From Saprolegnia diclina VS20 (taxonomy: Eukaryota), in the NCBI RefSeq assembly GCF_000281045.1, contig NW_008246099.1, positions 306,372 to 370,371 of the forward strand: DNA of 64,000 nucleotides. The letters run 5' to 3'. Shown here one piece after another: positions 1 to 11,455 of this stretch (position 1 is the first letter of the stretch; each line of letters begins with the position of its first letter). Under the pieces are notes generated by a model that was not told where the DNA came from, did no database searches, and worked only from the letters and a program-made list of their open reading frames with translations. Both the position numbers and the translations under genes were made by a program.

Positions 1-1
1 C

Positions 2-2695
2 GTGCTCTTTGTCGGTGCGGTGTATGGCGGCGCGCTCGGGTGCCTCTTTGCCACGATCGTCTTCAAGTACGGAGCACCGCTTTTGAGCTTGTGGACGGCC
101 GACGCCATTGTCCATCAGTTCTGCGTCGACGCGCTTCCGTACCTAGCCGCGTGCATGGCGCTAAGCAGTGTCCGTCTCGTCTTTGCCGCCGGCCTCACCA
201 CGCTGGAGAAGACCACGATGCTTCCATTCGCTGCCAACGTGGATACGTGGCTGATTCAAGTCCCGCTCGGTCTCGGGCTTGGCATTGGGCTGCAACTGGG
301 CGTCCTCGGTCTCTGGGTCGCACGTCTCACTGGCGAGCTCGTGCACACGATGCTGTTGCTGTATGCGCTCATGCTTGATGCAAATGCAGCGACGGACGAA
401 GCCGCGACACCACTTCTGGGCGCCACAGCGTCAGCAGAGCTTGACAAGACGACGTCGGACGAGGCGAGTAGCGACAACGTTGTCACTGTGCTGGTACCTA
501 CCACTGGAGCGCGCGACCGATCATTACGAGTGGCACCAACGCCAGTGGCCAATGTCGGTGTCACTCGAATCGATAAAGACGATGTGGCAACTGCGGAGGT
601 CCATCTGGAGGCGGCACCGGTGCACAGTCCTCTCGGTAACGATACGCCGCTGCCGTGGGTGCGTCGACGGAGCTCCGACGGCAGTGCGACGTGGGTCGTG
701 GCCGACGACAACGCCGCGTTGTCCCCGATTTCCGAAGAAGACGCCGCCATCGCAGTGGTCGAGCGACTGTCGCGCCGTGCTTCGCTCGTGTCGAGCTCCA
801 GCGATGCGCCGACAACGACGGTTGCGTCGACGCCATCGGCCATTCAGTGGGTTCGTCAAGAAAGCACCGTCGGTGCTGTGCAGTGGGTCGAAGAAGAAGC
901 TATCCACGACTTGTCGGCCAGTAGTCCGTCGACGCAAGACGAGCTCCTATGGAGAAGCTCCGATGTCTCGTCGTCCGAGGAGGCCACGCCGCGGGGCAGA
1001 AGCCATAGCCTCGGCGACATGGACGCTATCAATCGCGACGTCTCCAGTAGCCACGGCAACATATGCAGTGCTTTGATCAAGCAGGAACAAGACTACATTG
1101 ACAACGCCGTCTCGACCAACCAAGACCGCTCGCCCCAACGACACGACGACGCGCTGCCGCCTCTGCTTTCGGCGTCTGTGCCACCCCAAAATCGTGGCAC
1201 CAGATTTGAGGAGGCTTGTGGGATTGCAAGCGACCTCACGGATAGAAATGGCAACGACGAAATCGAGAACCACGACGCCATTGCCGGTAGCCCCGACGCC
1301 TCCCTTCGTGGCAACGCTGAGCCCGTTCGCAGCCATGGTGACTCGAACAAGAGCCAAGCTGCGTCCTCTCAGAGTAGCTTTCTCGCAAGCCTACCGGGCA
1401 CGCCTGCTCCACGTGCTTTGGCGCCCGCAACGACAAGAACGCCCGAGCTGTCGACCAGCGCAAGCGACGACTGGATCATCGCGATGCCAGCGACTGACGT
1501 CGACAGTCACGCCGCTGTGGCGCCAAAGTCTACAACGGCAGCAACGACGACGAGCGACCAGCGCATCGACAGCCGTCCACAGAGTGCTGCCGTCCAAGGA
1601 CACCCAGTATCAACGGCGCTCGACGCTCAAGACATCGAGTCGACGCCACCAAGAAGCCGAACGGACCACGATGCAGCCAACAGCTACGTCATCACTATTG
1701 CGCCTGAGGTCACGCGCGACCTTTCGTCTACTGCAGACGCCGGTGAGCAGGTTCAGCGATCAGCGTCGGCAGTCCAAGGCGTCAACTTCGACAAGGCATC
1801 GGCGACCTTGGTGGCACCGAGACCATTGTCCACGATGGCAAAGGAGCCCCACGCGGAACATATGCGGTTGCCAGCCGCCATGGTCGGTCCCGCGTTGCTC
1901 GACAAATCCGACACAGCAACCACCGTCTACAGCAGTCGTCTAGCGACAGCCTTGATGACGGCGCCAGCTACCACGGCAGTACCACCGAGTCAAGGATCCT
2001 GGACGCCAACACCAGTGTCCCCCGTCGCTTTGACGTTCGCCGAGCCGTGGTCGGCGAGTATGGCTGAGGAAGCTTTCGCCAAGCGTGTGCTGCACCCAAC
2101 ATCACCATACGCACAGAACAGCGCAGCGTCTGGTGCCAACCTGGCCCCTGACCTTGCTCGAGCGCTGGGCAACGCCACTGACGAAGCGGCGGTATCTGCC
2201 GAAGAGACCACCCGGCGTCGCCATCGCTCCAAGAAGAAGAAGCGGGGTACCATTGGCACCGACACCGACGCTGCAGAGGACGCCTCATCTCCAGTGCACG
2301 CGCCGGACCGCGGAGGTAACGCCCCGGCTGGCCCGTCAGAGAGGCAACAGACGGTCGCGGCATCTGCGACTGGCCACATTGATGCTGGTCCTGCAGTGGA
2401 CCACGATAGCATCGGTGACATGGAGTTGTCGACGTTGGTGTCGGCGGCTGCGGCGCCACCGAAGGTCGAGCGTCCACTCACGGTTCACGCACCACCAAAG
2501 GCAACCGAGAGTCCTTCCCTTCAGTACGGGAAGCGCTCGAAAAAGCTGCGGGCGCGCCAGGAACGCAAGCACCACAGCGCTGTTGCGCCCGCAATCGCGC
2601 GACCGCCGGCGCCACAAATGCAAGTCGCGATGAAGGACGAGCTCTTGCTGCTCTGCTTTCAGATTGAGCTTCTCAAGCATCTGCAGGCCGCGTAG
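2..2695 (+). CDS. MATE-family transporter C-terminal part (5'-partial) followed by a long low-complexity S/A/T/P-rich tail
   Basis: The first ~125 aa are hydrophobic with a MATE-like C-terminal pattern (LLSLWTAD...WLIQVPLG...LGVLGLW). The frame stays open about 770 aa further to TAG at 2695. Confidence 0.6.
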   Translation: MLFVGAVYGGALGCLFATIVFKYGAPLLSLWTADAIVHQFCVDALPYLAACMALSSVRLVFAAGLTTLEKTTMLPFAANVDTWLIQVPLGLGLGIGLQLGVLGLWVARLTGELVHTMLLLYALMLDANAATDEAATPLLGATASAELDKTTSDEASSDNVVTVLVPTTGARDRSLRVAPTPVANVGVTRIDKDDVATAEVHLEAAPVHSPLGNDTPLPWVRRRSSDGSATWVVADDNAALSPISEEDAAIAVVERLSRRASLVSSSSDAPTTTVASTPSAIQWVRQESTVGAVQWVEEEAIHDLSASSPSTQDELLWRSSDVSSSEEATPRGRSHSLGDMDAINRDVSSSHGNICSALIKQEQDYIDNAVSTNQDRSPQRHDDALPPLLSASVPPQNRGTRFEEACGIASDLTDRNGNDEIENHDAIAGSPDASLRGNAEPVRSHGDSNKSQAASSQSSFLASLPGTPAPRALAPATTRTPELSTSASDDWIIAMPATDVDSHAAVAPKSTTAATTTSDQRIDSRPQSAAVQGHPVSTALDAQDIESTPPRSRTDHDAANSYVITIAPEVTRDLSSTADAGEQVQRSASAVQGVNFDKASATLVAPRPLSTMAKEPHAEHMRLPAAMVGPALLDKSDTATTVYSSRLATALMTAPATTAVPPSQGSWTPTPVSPVALTFAEPWSASMAEEAFAKRVLHPTSPYAQNSAASGANLAPDLARALGNATDEAAVSAEETTRRRHRSKKKKRGTIGTDTDAAEDASSPVHAPDRGGNAPAGPSERQQTVAASATGHIDAGPAVDHDSIGDMELSTLVSAAAAPPKVERPLTVHAPPKATESPSLQYGKRSKKLRARQERKHHSAVAPAIARPPAPQMQVAMKDELLLLCFQIELLKHLQAA

Positions 2696-2749
2696 CTTTG
2701 TCAACGTCATACAACACTAACGTGCGAATGTAAATGTTTGTACACGCTG

Positions 2750-5368
2750 CTACTGTTTTGCTACTGGCTGGCTGCGCTGCGCTGACTTCCACTTGATGAG
2801 GAACTGCAGTGCTTCGGTCCACTCGCAGCACCGGAGTCGGTTGCGATCCGCGCTGTCCCCTTCGTCGACCTACGAGGCGGGTCAGTACGAGAGATGGAGA
2901 ATACGTCATGTCATCACCTCGAGGTCCAGGGACCTCTTCTTGTCATCGTATAGGATGGAAAAACAAAATTCACTCCGCGACCGGTCCGTCTTGCGCAGAA
3001 AGACCTAGCCAACGCGCTCATGGTCTTTGCCGTCCGAACGAAAGCGAGCGACTACCTTGGTGCTGTGGCCAAATGCAAGTGCGTGCAGTGACGACGTTGA
3101 AATCTGAATCATAGGGCCTTGGCTCCCCACCGGTCGGTAGCTCAAGTATTGCAAGTCGTTCGAGCACCACACAAAACGCGCATGCGGCTTGCCTTGTCGT
3201 CCGTGCTTGATGAAGATAGCACCTTGCTTGAGGAGCTCCATGCGCCGCTTGATGGCATCCGACGCGCTCTCGCCCCGCGGCACGGGCTTGGGCGGCTCGG
3301 TCGTCGGCGCCACTTTTTCACTCTCGGCGTCGCTCTCGCTGCACAGATCGTCTTCGTCGTCGTGCGGGTCGTCGACTTCGGCAACGCTGCTGGACGCTTC
3401 ATGCAACGCGTTGATGTGCGCCGTGAGCTGTACGATGTGCGTCTTGAGTTTGTCGGCGTCGGCGCGCTGCTCCAAAAGGCGATTTTCCACGTCCTTCATG
3501 CGCTCGTCTTGCGCCAGCAGCGACTCTTGCGCCTCGGCCGCCGTGTTGGACGCAAAGATGATGCTCGTCTTGAGCTGGCGAAGACACTCGAGGGCGTGCG
3601 CCATCCCGAGGTGCTGCAGCGTTCGCAAAATGTCGTCTTGGTCCGTCTCGGTGACAAGGAATTGCTCCACGAGCTTCTCGCACACGTCTTTTTCAATTTC
3701 TACAGGGTGGGCAAGTTGAAGTTGAAGTTGCGTGCAAATAGACATTCGCACCGGTCAATGGGCGCAGTGCCTTTTCCGATGTCAGTTGTGCGTGCAGTTG
3801 TGCGTTGAGCTCAATCTGATGCGCGACGTTCTCCTGAAGCGACGTGCGCTCTGCTTGCAGTCGGTCGTTCTCGCGTTGCAGAAGTGCGATCAGTGCGGTC
3901 GTGTCCATGTCGCGGTTGGCGCGGACGTCGACCGCGACCTAGTCATACTCTTCTATAATGCGTCAAGTGTCATACTCGCACCTCGCTGCAGCGCAGCATG
4001 AAGCGACAGGTCGAGATGCTCTCGTCCACGTATTCAGCCTCGGGGTTAAGTGTACCGATAAAGACGGACTTGCAATTGCCGCCGAGGCTGCCACGCAGCA
4101 CAGACGTCAACATTGAGTTGCGGTACGGTATGTGTGTCTTGGTTTTTTTGCTGCTGCGTTGCTGGAGGGCTAAAATCACCTAATTTTCAAGGCATCGATG
4201 GGCAATATGGGCGTCGCAATACACGATACTTGTTCCAGGTGGTGCAGAGAAAGGTTGATGCAGCGGCCTTCGTTGCGCATGCGTTCGGTGCCGTCGCGCT
4301 TGTAGACGCGCTCCGAGCCCGCGAGATCGACGATGTGCAGCTTGGAGTTGAGCACGACCTCCGAGTCTTTCCGACGGCCTTCGATCAAGATGGTAAAAAT
4401 CGAGTGGGAACGCGACGACGCCTACTGCATGGATCAGAAGCCAAATCCATCAAAGAAGAGCCACTTGATTCATCGGCGTGTCGCTCGTCACGCGGTTCAC
4501 ATTGCCCAAGAAGAGCAAGTTGAGTGCATCTTCTTCCGAGTTGGCTTCGTAGACGCTACATCAAAGACACGTCGCAAACTATACGACAATAGTGTCCACG
4601 GCGAACCCCAAATTTCGAAAATGCACATCATCGTCGTCGTCGTCCGAGAGTTGCAAGTGAATTTTGGTCCACTCGTCGATCGGTTTGTTCATGTGGGCCT
4701 TGTCCAAGAGGTCGTAAATGTTTTCGTTGTAAACCTCCAAGTACGACACAAAGCACCGGTAGCTCTACTCCCCATCGTACGTCGTGTCCACTCGTAGGAT
4801 GTATATATACCGTATCTCGGCGCGTCTCGAACGCATCAAAGAGCGCGGAAATCGTGCGCGGAATCATGCCCCGGTCGTGGTAGCTCTCGCCTACCCCTAC
4901 CACTCAGCACGCCCTCGTCATTGTGATTACTCGCCCACCGCCTGTGATGGTGAACGTCTTGCCGCTGCCCGTTTGGCCGTACGCGAGGATCGTGCCGTTG
5001 TAGCCCTCCATTGCGCTTGTAATGATATCCTAGTCATATGGACAACTTGTCATTCCAACTAGGAACGAGTTGGGCGGTGTACGCGGCACACTGCATCAAA
5101 GACAACGTCCTGATGCACGTCATGGTCAAACACTTGGTCGTACTTGAACTCGAGCACGTCTCGCTGCTTGAGCGTGCTGCGTGCGTCGAGTGCTACCGGT
5201 AGAATTGGAAAAAAGATCGTTTGGACTCGGTCATGGGGCCGTGCACCTATCAACTTGTATAAGAGGAAGACACGAACGCGGGAATGTACGTGGAAGCGTG
5301 TAGGCCTTGGTCGTGTGCTTGCGCGGTGGCCGAATGCGCAAGTAAGTGCCAATGCGCCAGTGCTCCAT
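2750..5368 (-). CDS. Kinesin-9 (KIF6-like) motor with coiled coil and C-terminal PH-like domain; multi-exon
   Basis: Motifs [58 protein letters not shown] and [21 protein letters not shown] are spread across GT-AG introns. The spliced tail reads [23 protein letters not shown]...[17 protein letters not shown]...WTEALQFLI, stop at 2750. Confidence 0.85.
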
Positions 5369-5433
5369 GCACACGCTGTCGCTGCGACGACGACCGTTCG
5401 TTTCGTTTGAAACGCCAGCGATACCATGTGTTG

Positions 5434-6118
5434 ATGTTTCGACGTACGCCCAAGCAAGCGGCCGCCAACGAGCTCGGTGACCCGACGCTGCTCGCTGCAG
5501 AATCCATCTGTGTGAACGGCTTACACTATCGCAAATGGCAATGAACCTTGGGGCGTAGTCTCGGCCAAGGAGATCCAAAGCCTCCAGCTCCGATTTCGGC
5601 GGCTGCTGCAAGGAAGCGACTCGACCATCGTGGCGGCTCGGCTCTTGCACGAGCCGGAGTTTCAGTGCCATGCGCTCGCACCCCTCTTGCTGCGTCACGG
5701 TCGCTTGGACTTTGACGCGTTCTTGCGCCTTCTCACGGTCCTCCACCCGACCAAGACGTCATTGGTGGCCAAGCGCTCGGGTGCAATGTGTTACCAGCGA
5801 TGTTGGATACAATATTGTACGCTGTTCTAGCCCTCTTTCATCTCTACGACGTGGACGCCGACGGTGTCGTGTCGGCGAGCGACATGAAGAGTGCGTTTCA
5901 GCGCTTGCGACCAGACGGCTCCATCGACGACGTCCTCGACAATGACGTCGCAGCCGCCTTTCACAGCGTGCCATCGCAAAGCGGCCTTTCTCCGGACGCA
6001 TTTGCCCAGGTACGACGACGACAATGACGACTTGTCGTACACCGTGTAGACACATGTTTGGTGCTAGTTGGTATCGGACGACGATGTCCTCGCGGCGCTG
6101 TCGGTATCGCTTGCGTGA
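5434..6118 (+). CDS. Small calcineurin-B/CBL-like EF-hand protein; multi-exon
   Basis: Spliced reading: MFRRTPKQ...KEIQSLQLRFRRL...LDFDAFLRLLTVLHP...ALFHLYDVDADGVVSASDMK (EF-hand loop)...VLAALSVSLA*. Confidence 0.65.
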
Positions 6119-6129
6119 GGTTTGTAAGA

Positions 6130-6810
6130 TGCAAGGGAATTCCCTTGCTAAGATGGCTTGCCCCGCCAATGTCCTTGACGGGACCGACTACGAGGAGTGC
6201 ATTCAACTCGAGATGGCAGTACCTGCACAGCCTTATTACTACATTTGACTGCACCGTCAACTCCGTCGATAACGCAGTGGCGCATGGCAATCTCCCCGTC
6301 GTTCAGTTCCTCTTGGCCCACCGACACGAAGGCTGCACCCGGGACGTCGTCGTTCAAAAAGCGCTCGAAGGATGCCATCTGCACGTTGCAGAGTATCTCC
6401 TCGCTCTCGGCTACCCGTTCCCGACCTCGACGCCACTTGTACACGACGATTCCGTCATCCTTGGCGTCCTGCAGCTTTTGGTCAAGCACGGCGCGTCCTG
6501 GGACGACGACTGGGTGGTCTTTCGTGCGCCTCTTTCTTCTGGACCTCGTCGCGCTGCCCGACCGCCACTGCTCGATAATTCTCCAGCTCATCACGCCAGA
6601 GCTCACGTACCAAGGCCAACCAAACGATCCAGCTGGCGCCGGGCGCGGCAGCGCGTGCTACGACGTTACTGATGGCTGACGAGGTTGTTAACTGGGCCTT
6701 GGTTCTCACCATTGGTCATCTCAAGACGACGGACGCGATCGCATTGGTCCATGACGACGAGCTCAAGGCGCAGCTCACGCACCTGCTCGCAAAGAAGCGC
6801 AAGCGATAGC
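6130..6810 (+). pseudogene. Degenerate ankyrin-repeat protein fragment
   Basis: VDNAVAHGNLPVVQFLLAHRHEGCT and ALEGCHLHVAEYLL are ankyrin-like repeats. There is no clean start and the frame breaks downstream. Confidence 0.5.
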
Positions 6811-7639
6811 CGCACAAGCCCTTGCCGCGCAAGCCCTCGAAACCGGGACGACGCGCACTCCATCTGTGTGTTTGATTGCTCTGCGAGTAGTGTTTTGGCC
6901 AATATAAGTCTATCTATTTCCTTGAAATTTGACATGCAAATGTGTCTACTGACTCTAAGACACGCTTGTATTGGCATGATTTCACCGCTTCAGGAGCATC
7001 CCGCTATCCACTTTTACGTAGTATCAGCAAGCAACCAGGGCTCAAGAGTATTGCGACATGAACGTCGTCTCGCCGTGCCACGTCACGGCGGTTCGACATC
7101 GCCACCATGTGCGCTTCCGCGTTCTGAGCACGGCAGGTGAGAGCATGACAACATCGTGTCATGGACCTTGTCCGACGATTGGATCAGGCACCCATCACGT
7201 CGTCAAAATCAGAAGCAACGACGAGCACGACGAGCGCGAAGCGGGGACGTGGGCATAGCTCGTGTCCACAAGAATTCGGCGCGCGAAGTTCGCGAATCTT
7301 GCTGTGCGACCTGCGCAAGCGCATGCAGCGACAGTGCAAGAGCAAACATCTGCCAGGGCTCACCTTCAGAGAATCAAACACCAGCAAAGAACTGGACAAT
7401 TCATGTCCGACCTTGCTCAGGCACTCGAGATTGCTGGCTCGCAGCCAGAGCGCACATTCGTAGGCTATATGACCGTGCGCTATACTGTGCATGCAGATAT
7501 ACGCGAGCTCTTTAAGACCCGTTGTGAACGAGCCCATCATTGCTAACCACTTCAGCACTCGATCATTTCGGCAGGCAACTGCTCCCTATCGATGTGGATT
7601 GGATAAAATGCAAACGTTTGCACCAATCGCGGCAGAGCC

Positions 7640-8600
7640 ATGAAGCTGCTGTGCTGGAACATCAATGGCCTCCGCGCCAACCTCGGCAAGACGCCGGGGC
7701 AGTCGTTCGCCGGGTTCCTCGACGCCTGCGACGCCGATGTCCTCTGCTTCCAAGAGACCAAGCTCACGCGCGCCGAGATGACGTCCGAGCTGGCGTGCCC
7801 GCCCGGCTACGACGCCTTCTACAGCTTTGCCAAGCACAAGAAGGGCTACTCGGGCGTCGCGACGCTCGTCCGGCACGGGCGCCTCGCCACAGTAGGCGCC
7901 GAGACCAGCGCCTGCCCGTTCCACGAAGGGCGCATCGTGTTGACCGAGCACACAACGTTTGTGCTCATCAACGTGTACTGTCCGGCGCACGGCGGGCATC
8001 TCGAGCGCAAGCTCGCCTTCCACGAGTTCCTTCTCGGCTACGTTGCGGCCACCAAAGCAGCGCACGTGGGCAAGCCGCTGATCCTTGTCGGCGACCTCAA
8101 TGTCATTCACAAACCCCTGGATGACTGTGACGCGTACGAGCCAAGCGACGTGACGGCGTGGCTCGACACGCTCTTAGCGACGCAGGACCTCACGGACGCC
8201 TTTCGGCAATTGCACCCGACGCGAGAGAAGGCGTATACGTGCTGGCGTGCGCTCACGGGGGCGCGCGAGACCAACTACGGCGTGCGTCTCGACTACATTC
8301 TATGCGATAGCCGGCTCGTGAGTACAAATAAGCTCACGAGCTGCGACGTATGGCAAGGCTGCGTACCGTGCTCAAGCGCAACGAAAACTTTGGTCGGAAA
8401 TTCTTCACTTGTGCCAAGCCCGAGGTGCGTCGTCGTACCAACATGGCCATGACGGATGCTCGCTCGCGTAGGGTGCCCCGGGGGACATCAAAGGCCGTTG
8501 CAACTTCTTCCAGTGGCACGGCGACGCCAAGAAGCCCTCTCCAGTTGCCAGTAGCAGTCACGCCAAACGCTTCAAGGCCACGCCGCCCGACGCTACATAG
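7640..8600 (+). pseudogene. APEX2: AP endonuclease 2 (ExoIII-family EEP domain + zf-GRF), internally deleted and frameshifted
   Basis: WNINGLRA, CFQETK, KGYSGVA, INVYCP, GDLNV, YTCW and RLDYIL are present. The SDH motif is missing and the sequence jumps to another frame: RTVLKRNENFGRKFFTCAKPE / intron / GAPGDIKGRCNFFQW (second half of a GRF zinc finger). Confidence 0.7.
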
Positions 8601-9160
8601 CCGTGTGCATCGTGCAGGCTGTTCCAGTCGTCGAGTGCTCTCTTGTAGTCGTCCAAGCCATTTCCAACATGTCATAAATGGCAGTGTCTGTCGAAATAAC
8701 ACTGGGTCATCGACCGTCATCTCATCCGCAACATGGCGTCTGGACAGCGTGTGGGCGTCTTGTCTGGCACTTGCACTGAATCCAGCAGTGCCAGATTCAC
8801 TTCCGATTCAGCTGGATTCACGTGAGATACCAACTCGATGCCTGGCCAGCATATCAGATCGTTCTGGTCGTCTCCTGCGACGTCGCCACAAGTGCAATGA
8901 CGTGGCAGTCTCATGTAGCAGCAGCGAACGTTGTCGGTTATTGCTGGTCAACCTTGTTCCGGGGCTGCCGAAGTATATACGCGTTTTGCAGAGGACCCAC
9001 TCTCAAGTCCTAGTTCTCGAAATTTGGTCATATTGTCTTTGGTCCACACCTCGCAAGACATTTGAACCTGCCGCTCGATTTCGAAAAGACAAGTTGTGCA
9101 GGAAACAGTACGGTGTGATTAATAATAGGGTGCTGGGTAATAATTAAGAGCGTCCACAGC

Positions 9161-11455
9161 TTACTGGGCAAAGACCGCCGTGTCAAACCACGGGTGCGTC
9201 AGCGCCTGCTCGGCCGTGAAGCGCTTGGTCGGGTCGCGCTCGAGGAGGTGGACGACAAAGTCCATGGCCTCGGGGCTAAACTTCTTCCAGGCGCGCGGCT
9301 GAAACTCGACCGGCTCGTTCATGCACGCCGACGGCGGGTAGAACGGCTGGAAACCCGTGAGCATCTCGTAGACCATGATGCCGACGCTCCAGAGGTCGAT
9401 CGGCTTGCCGTACGGCTGCGACTCGAAGAGCTCGGGCGCCATGTAGCCCACCGAGCCCGTCAAGCCCGTGAACGGCACCTTGTGCACGTCGCCCGTGTGC
9501 TTGAAGAAGCGGACATCCGGCACCTTGACCGAGAGGCCAAAGTCGCAAATTTCGACTTGGAGCTCACACGCCTTGACGTCCTTCACGACTTCGTCGTTCG
9601 AGTCTTGGTTGGACGGCGCCTTCGAGTCGGTGAGGAGCACGTTCTCGGGCTTGATGTCGCAGTGCACGACCCCCGACTCGTGCAGAAAGAAGATGCCACG
9701 CACAATCTGGTGGGCGAGCTTGGCGGCCAGCGCTTCCGGGAACCGGCGCTGGCGGTTCAAGAGTGACTTGAGCGTGCCGTGGCGGGCCTTGGCCATCACA
9801 AGATACAAGAAGGCTTCGGTCTCGTACACCTCGAGGAGACGGACAATGTTGCGGTGCTGGAGGCGCAGGTGGATCTCGACTTCGGTGCGCACGGCCTGCT
9901 GCGCGGCTTCGGTCACGAGGAACCGCTTGTGGATCTGCTTGATGGCGACCTCGGCGCCGTTGTTGCGGCGAATCGCCGGCTTGACGACCGCGTATGAGCC
10001 GTCGCCAAGTTGATCTTCGCCGACCAGTTCGTAGTGCTCCGTGACCGCCTTTTCATGAATGAAGAACGGGTTGATCGTCAGCGTCGGAAAGAGCGTCGGC
10101 GCCTTGGGTCGCTCGCGCAAGAGCAAATCGTCGGGCTGGCGAGGAATGCTGCGGCTGATCGACATGAGTCGGAGCTGGTTCTCCTCGTCATCGCAAAGGC
10201 GACGGGCCACGAACGGGTTGCTGGGCAGGCGGGGCGCGCCCTGGACGTATTCGGGGTTGTGGTGCTGCTCGGGCACCGGGTCGGCCGGCGGCGGGCAGCT
10301 GCGCTGGCGGCGGTGCACGGGCCGCGGAAGCACCGTCGTCGTCGTGTGGTTGCTGTGGTGGTGCGCCGGCGGCGTCGTGCTCGTCATACGAGGGCTCGTG
10401 ACGTCAAACTTGTCCGATGTACTCTTGGAGAGGAAACCGCACTTGCGGTAGATGCCCTTGCCAGTTGAGACGTAGCCATCGACAATCTCGTTGGGCGACG
10501 GCATCACGATCGGCTCGAGCAGGTTCATCATCGTCTTGGCGGCCGTCGGTGACTTGACCATGAGCGAGTCCGACTCGGAGAAGGACCCGCGCTTCAGGAT
10601 CGGCGACGTCGGCAGGCTCAGGTCGTCTTCGTCGTCGACGGTCGAAGTCCGGCTCTCCGTGTCCGAGTGCAACCGGGCCATGGCCGTGTTGGAGCGGCAG
10701 CGGCCCTTGTTCATGTACACGGTCGTCGTTGTTGTCGTCGTTGTCGGCGGCGCCGTCGTGGCGGCGACCACGGCGATGGTAGCCTCTGTGGCCTTGCGCG
10801 CCGACTCGAGGTGCGCCTTCTTGCGCGGAATCTCAGAGGCTTCGCTCGGCGGCGTCTTGGGCTGATCGAGGTTGCGCTTGGCGCCGGCAAAGAGCGCCGC
10901 CGTCGCGTATGTGTCTGAGTCACTCATGCAGCGTGTGCGTTGGTGGTGGACCATGGCGGCCGGAGCCTCATGGTACGGGTAGTGAAAGCACACATTGCTC
11001 GGGACCTCGACGCGCAGCGCCCTTCGGCGGAGCGGCGCCGCACCCGCAACCGCTTCGTTCGTCTCCGCATCCAAGTCGATCGCGACAAACTCCTTGCCGT
11101 TGATCGACGGACGCATCTCGAGCATCGACGCGCGCAGGTCGTCGCTCGCGTCGCCGTCGCTCGCTGAGCTTGACGGCTCGTCCGTCTCGGCCGACGTGGG
11201 CGGATCCCAGGCGCGAAACTGTTTGAGGCCATGGAGCGGGTCGTAGTAGCCTGGCAGGGCGTGGAAGGTGCCCACGAGCGGGTGGTTGCGGAACTTCTTG
11301 CGCTCTTCCAGCTCGGCCATGCCCACGATATCAGTGGCAAAGTAGGCGGCGCCCCGGTTGCCGGCGCTGGGCGCATGGTGGAACATGCCCACGAACGGGT
11401 TGTAGCTCGGGAGGCGGGCGTACACCTTGATGTCGGACTCGGGCGTCATGCGCAT
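9161..11455 (-). CDS. CAMK-family Ser/Thr protein kinase with long N-terminal extension
   Basis: LGDGSYAVV, VAIK, VHCDIKPEN, DFG, GSVGYMAPE, DLWSVG and HPW in a single-exon ORF. First ATG at 11455. Confidence 0.9.
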   Translation of the reverse strand: MRMTPESDIKVYARLPSYNPFVGMFHHAPSAGNRGAAYFATDIVGMAELEERKKFRNHPLVGTFHALPGYYDPLHGLKQFRAWDPPTSAETDEPSSSASDGDASDDLRASMLEMRPSINGKEFVAIDLDAETNEAVAGAAPLRRRALRVEVPSNVCFHYPYHEAPAAMVHHQRTRCMSDSDTYATAALFAGAKRNLDQPKTPPSEASEIPRKKAHLESARKATEATIAVVAATTAPPTTTTTTTTVYMNKGRCRSNTAMARLHSDTESRTSTVDDEDDLSLPTSPILKRGSFSESDSLMVKSPTAAKTMMNLLEPIVMPSPNEIVDGYVSTGKGIYRKCGFLSKSTSDKFDVTSPRMTSTTPPAHHHSNHTTTTVLPRPVHRRQRSCPPPADPVPEQHHNPEYVQGAPRLPSNPFVARRLCDDEENQLRLMSISRSIPRQPDDLLLRERPKAPTLFPTLTINPFFIHEKAVTEHYELVGEDQLGDGSYAVVKPAIRRNNGAEVAIKQIHKRFLVTEAAQQAVRTEVEIHLRLQHRNIVRLLEVYETEAFLYLVMAKARHGTLKSLLNRQRRFPEALAAKLAHQIVRGIFFLHESGVVHCDIKPENVLLTDSKAPSNQDSNDEVVKDVKACELQVEICDFGLSVKVPDVRFFKHTGDVHKVPFTGLTGSVGYMAPELFESQPYGKPIDLWSVGIMVYEMLTGFQPFYPPSACMNEPVEFQPRAWKKFSPEAMDFVVHLLERDPTKRFTAEQALTHPWFDTAVFAQ

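Noticed and set aside
6830..7600. Possible decayed gene or transposon fragment
   Set aside because: Only short ORFs, with no recognisable domain or terminal repeats.
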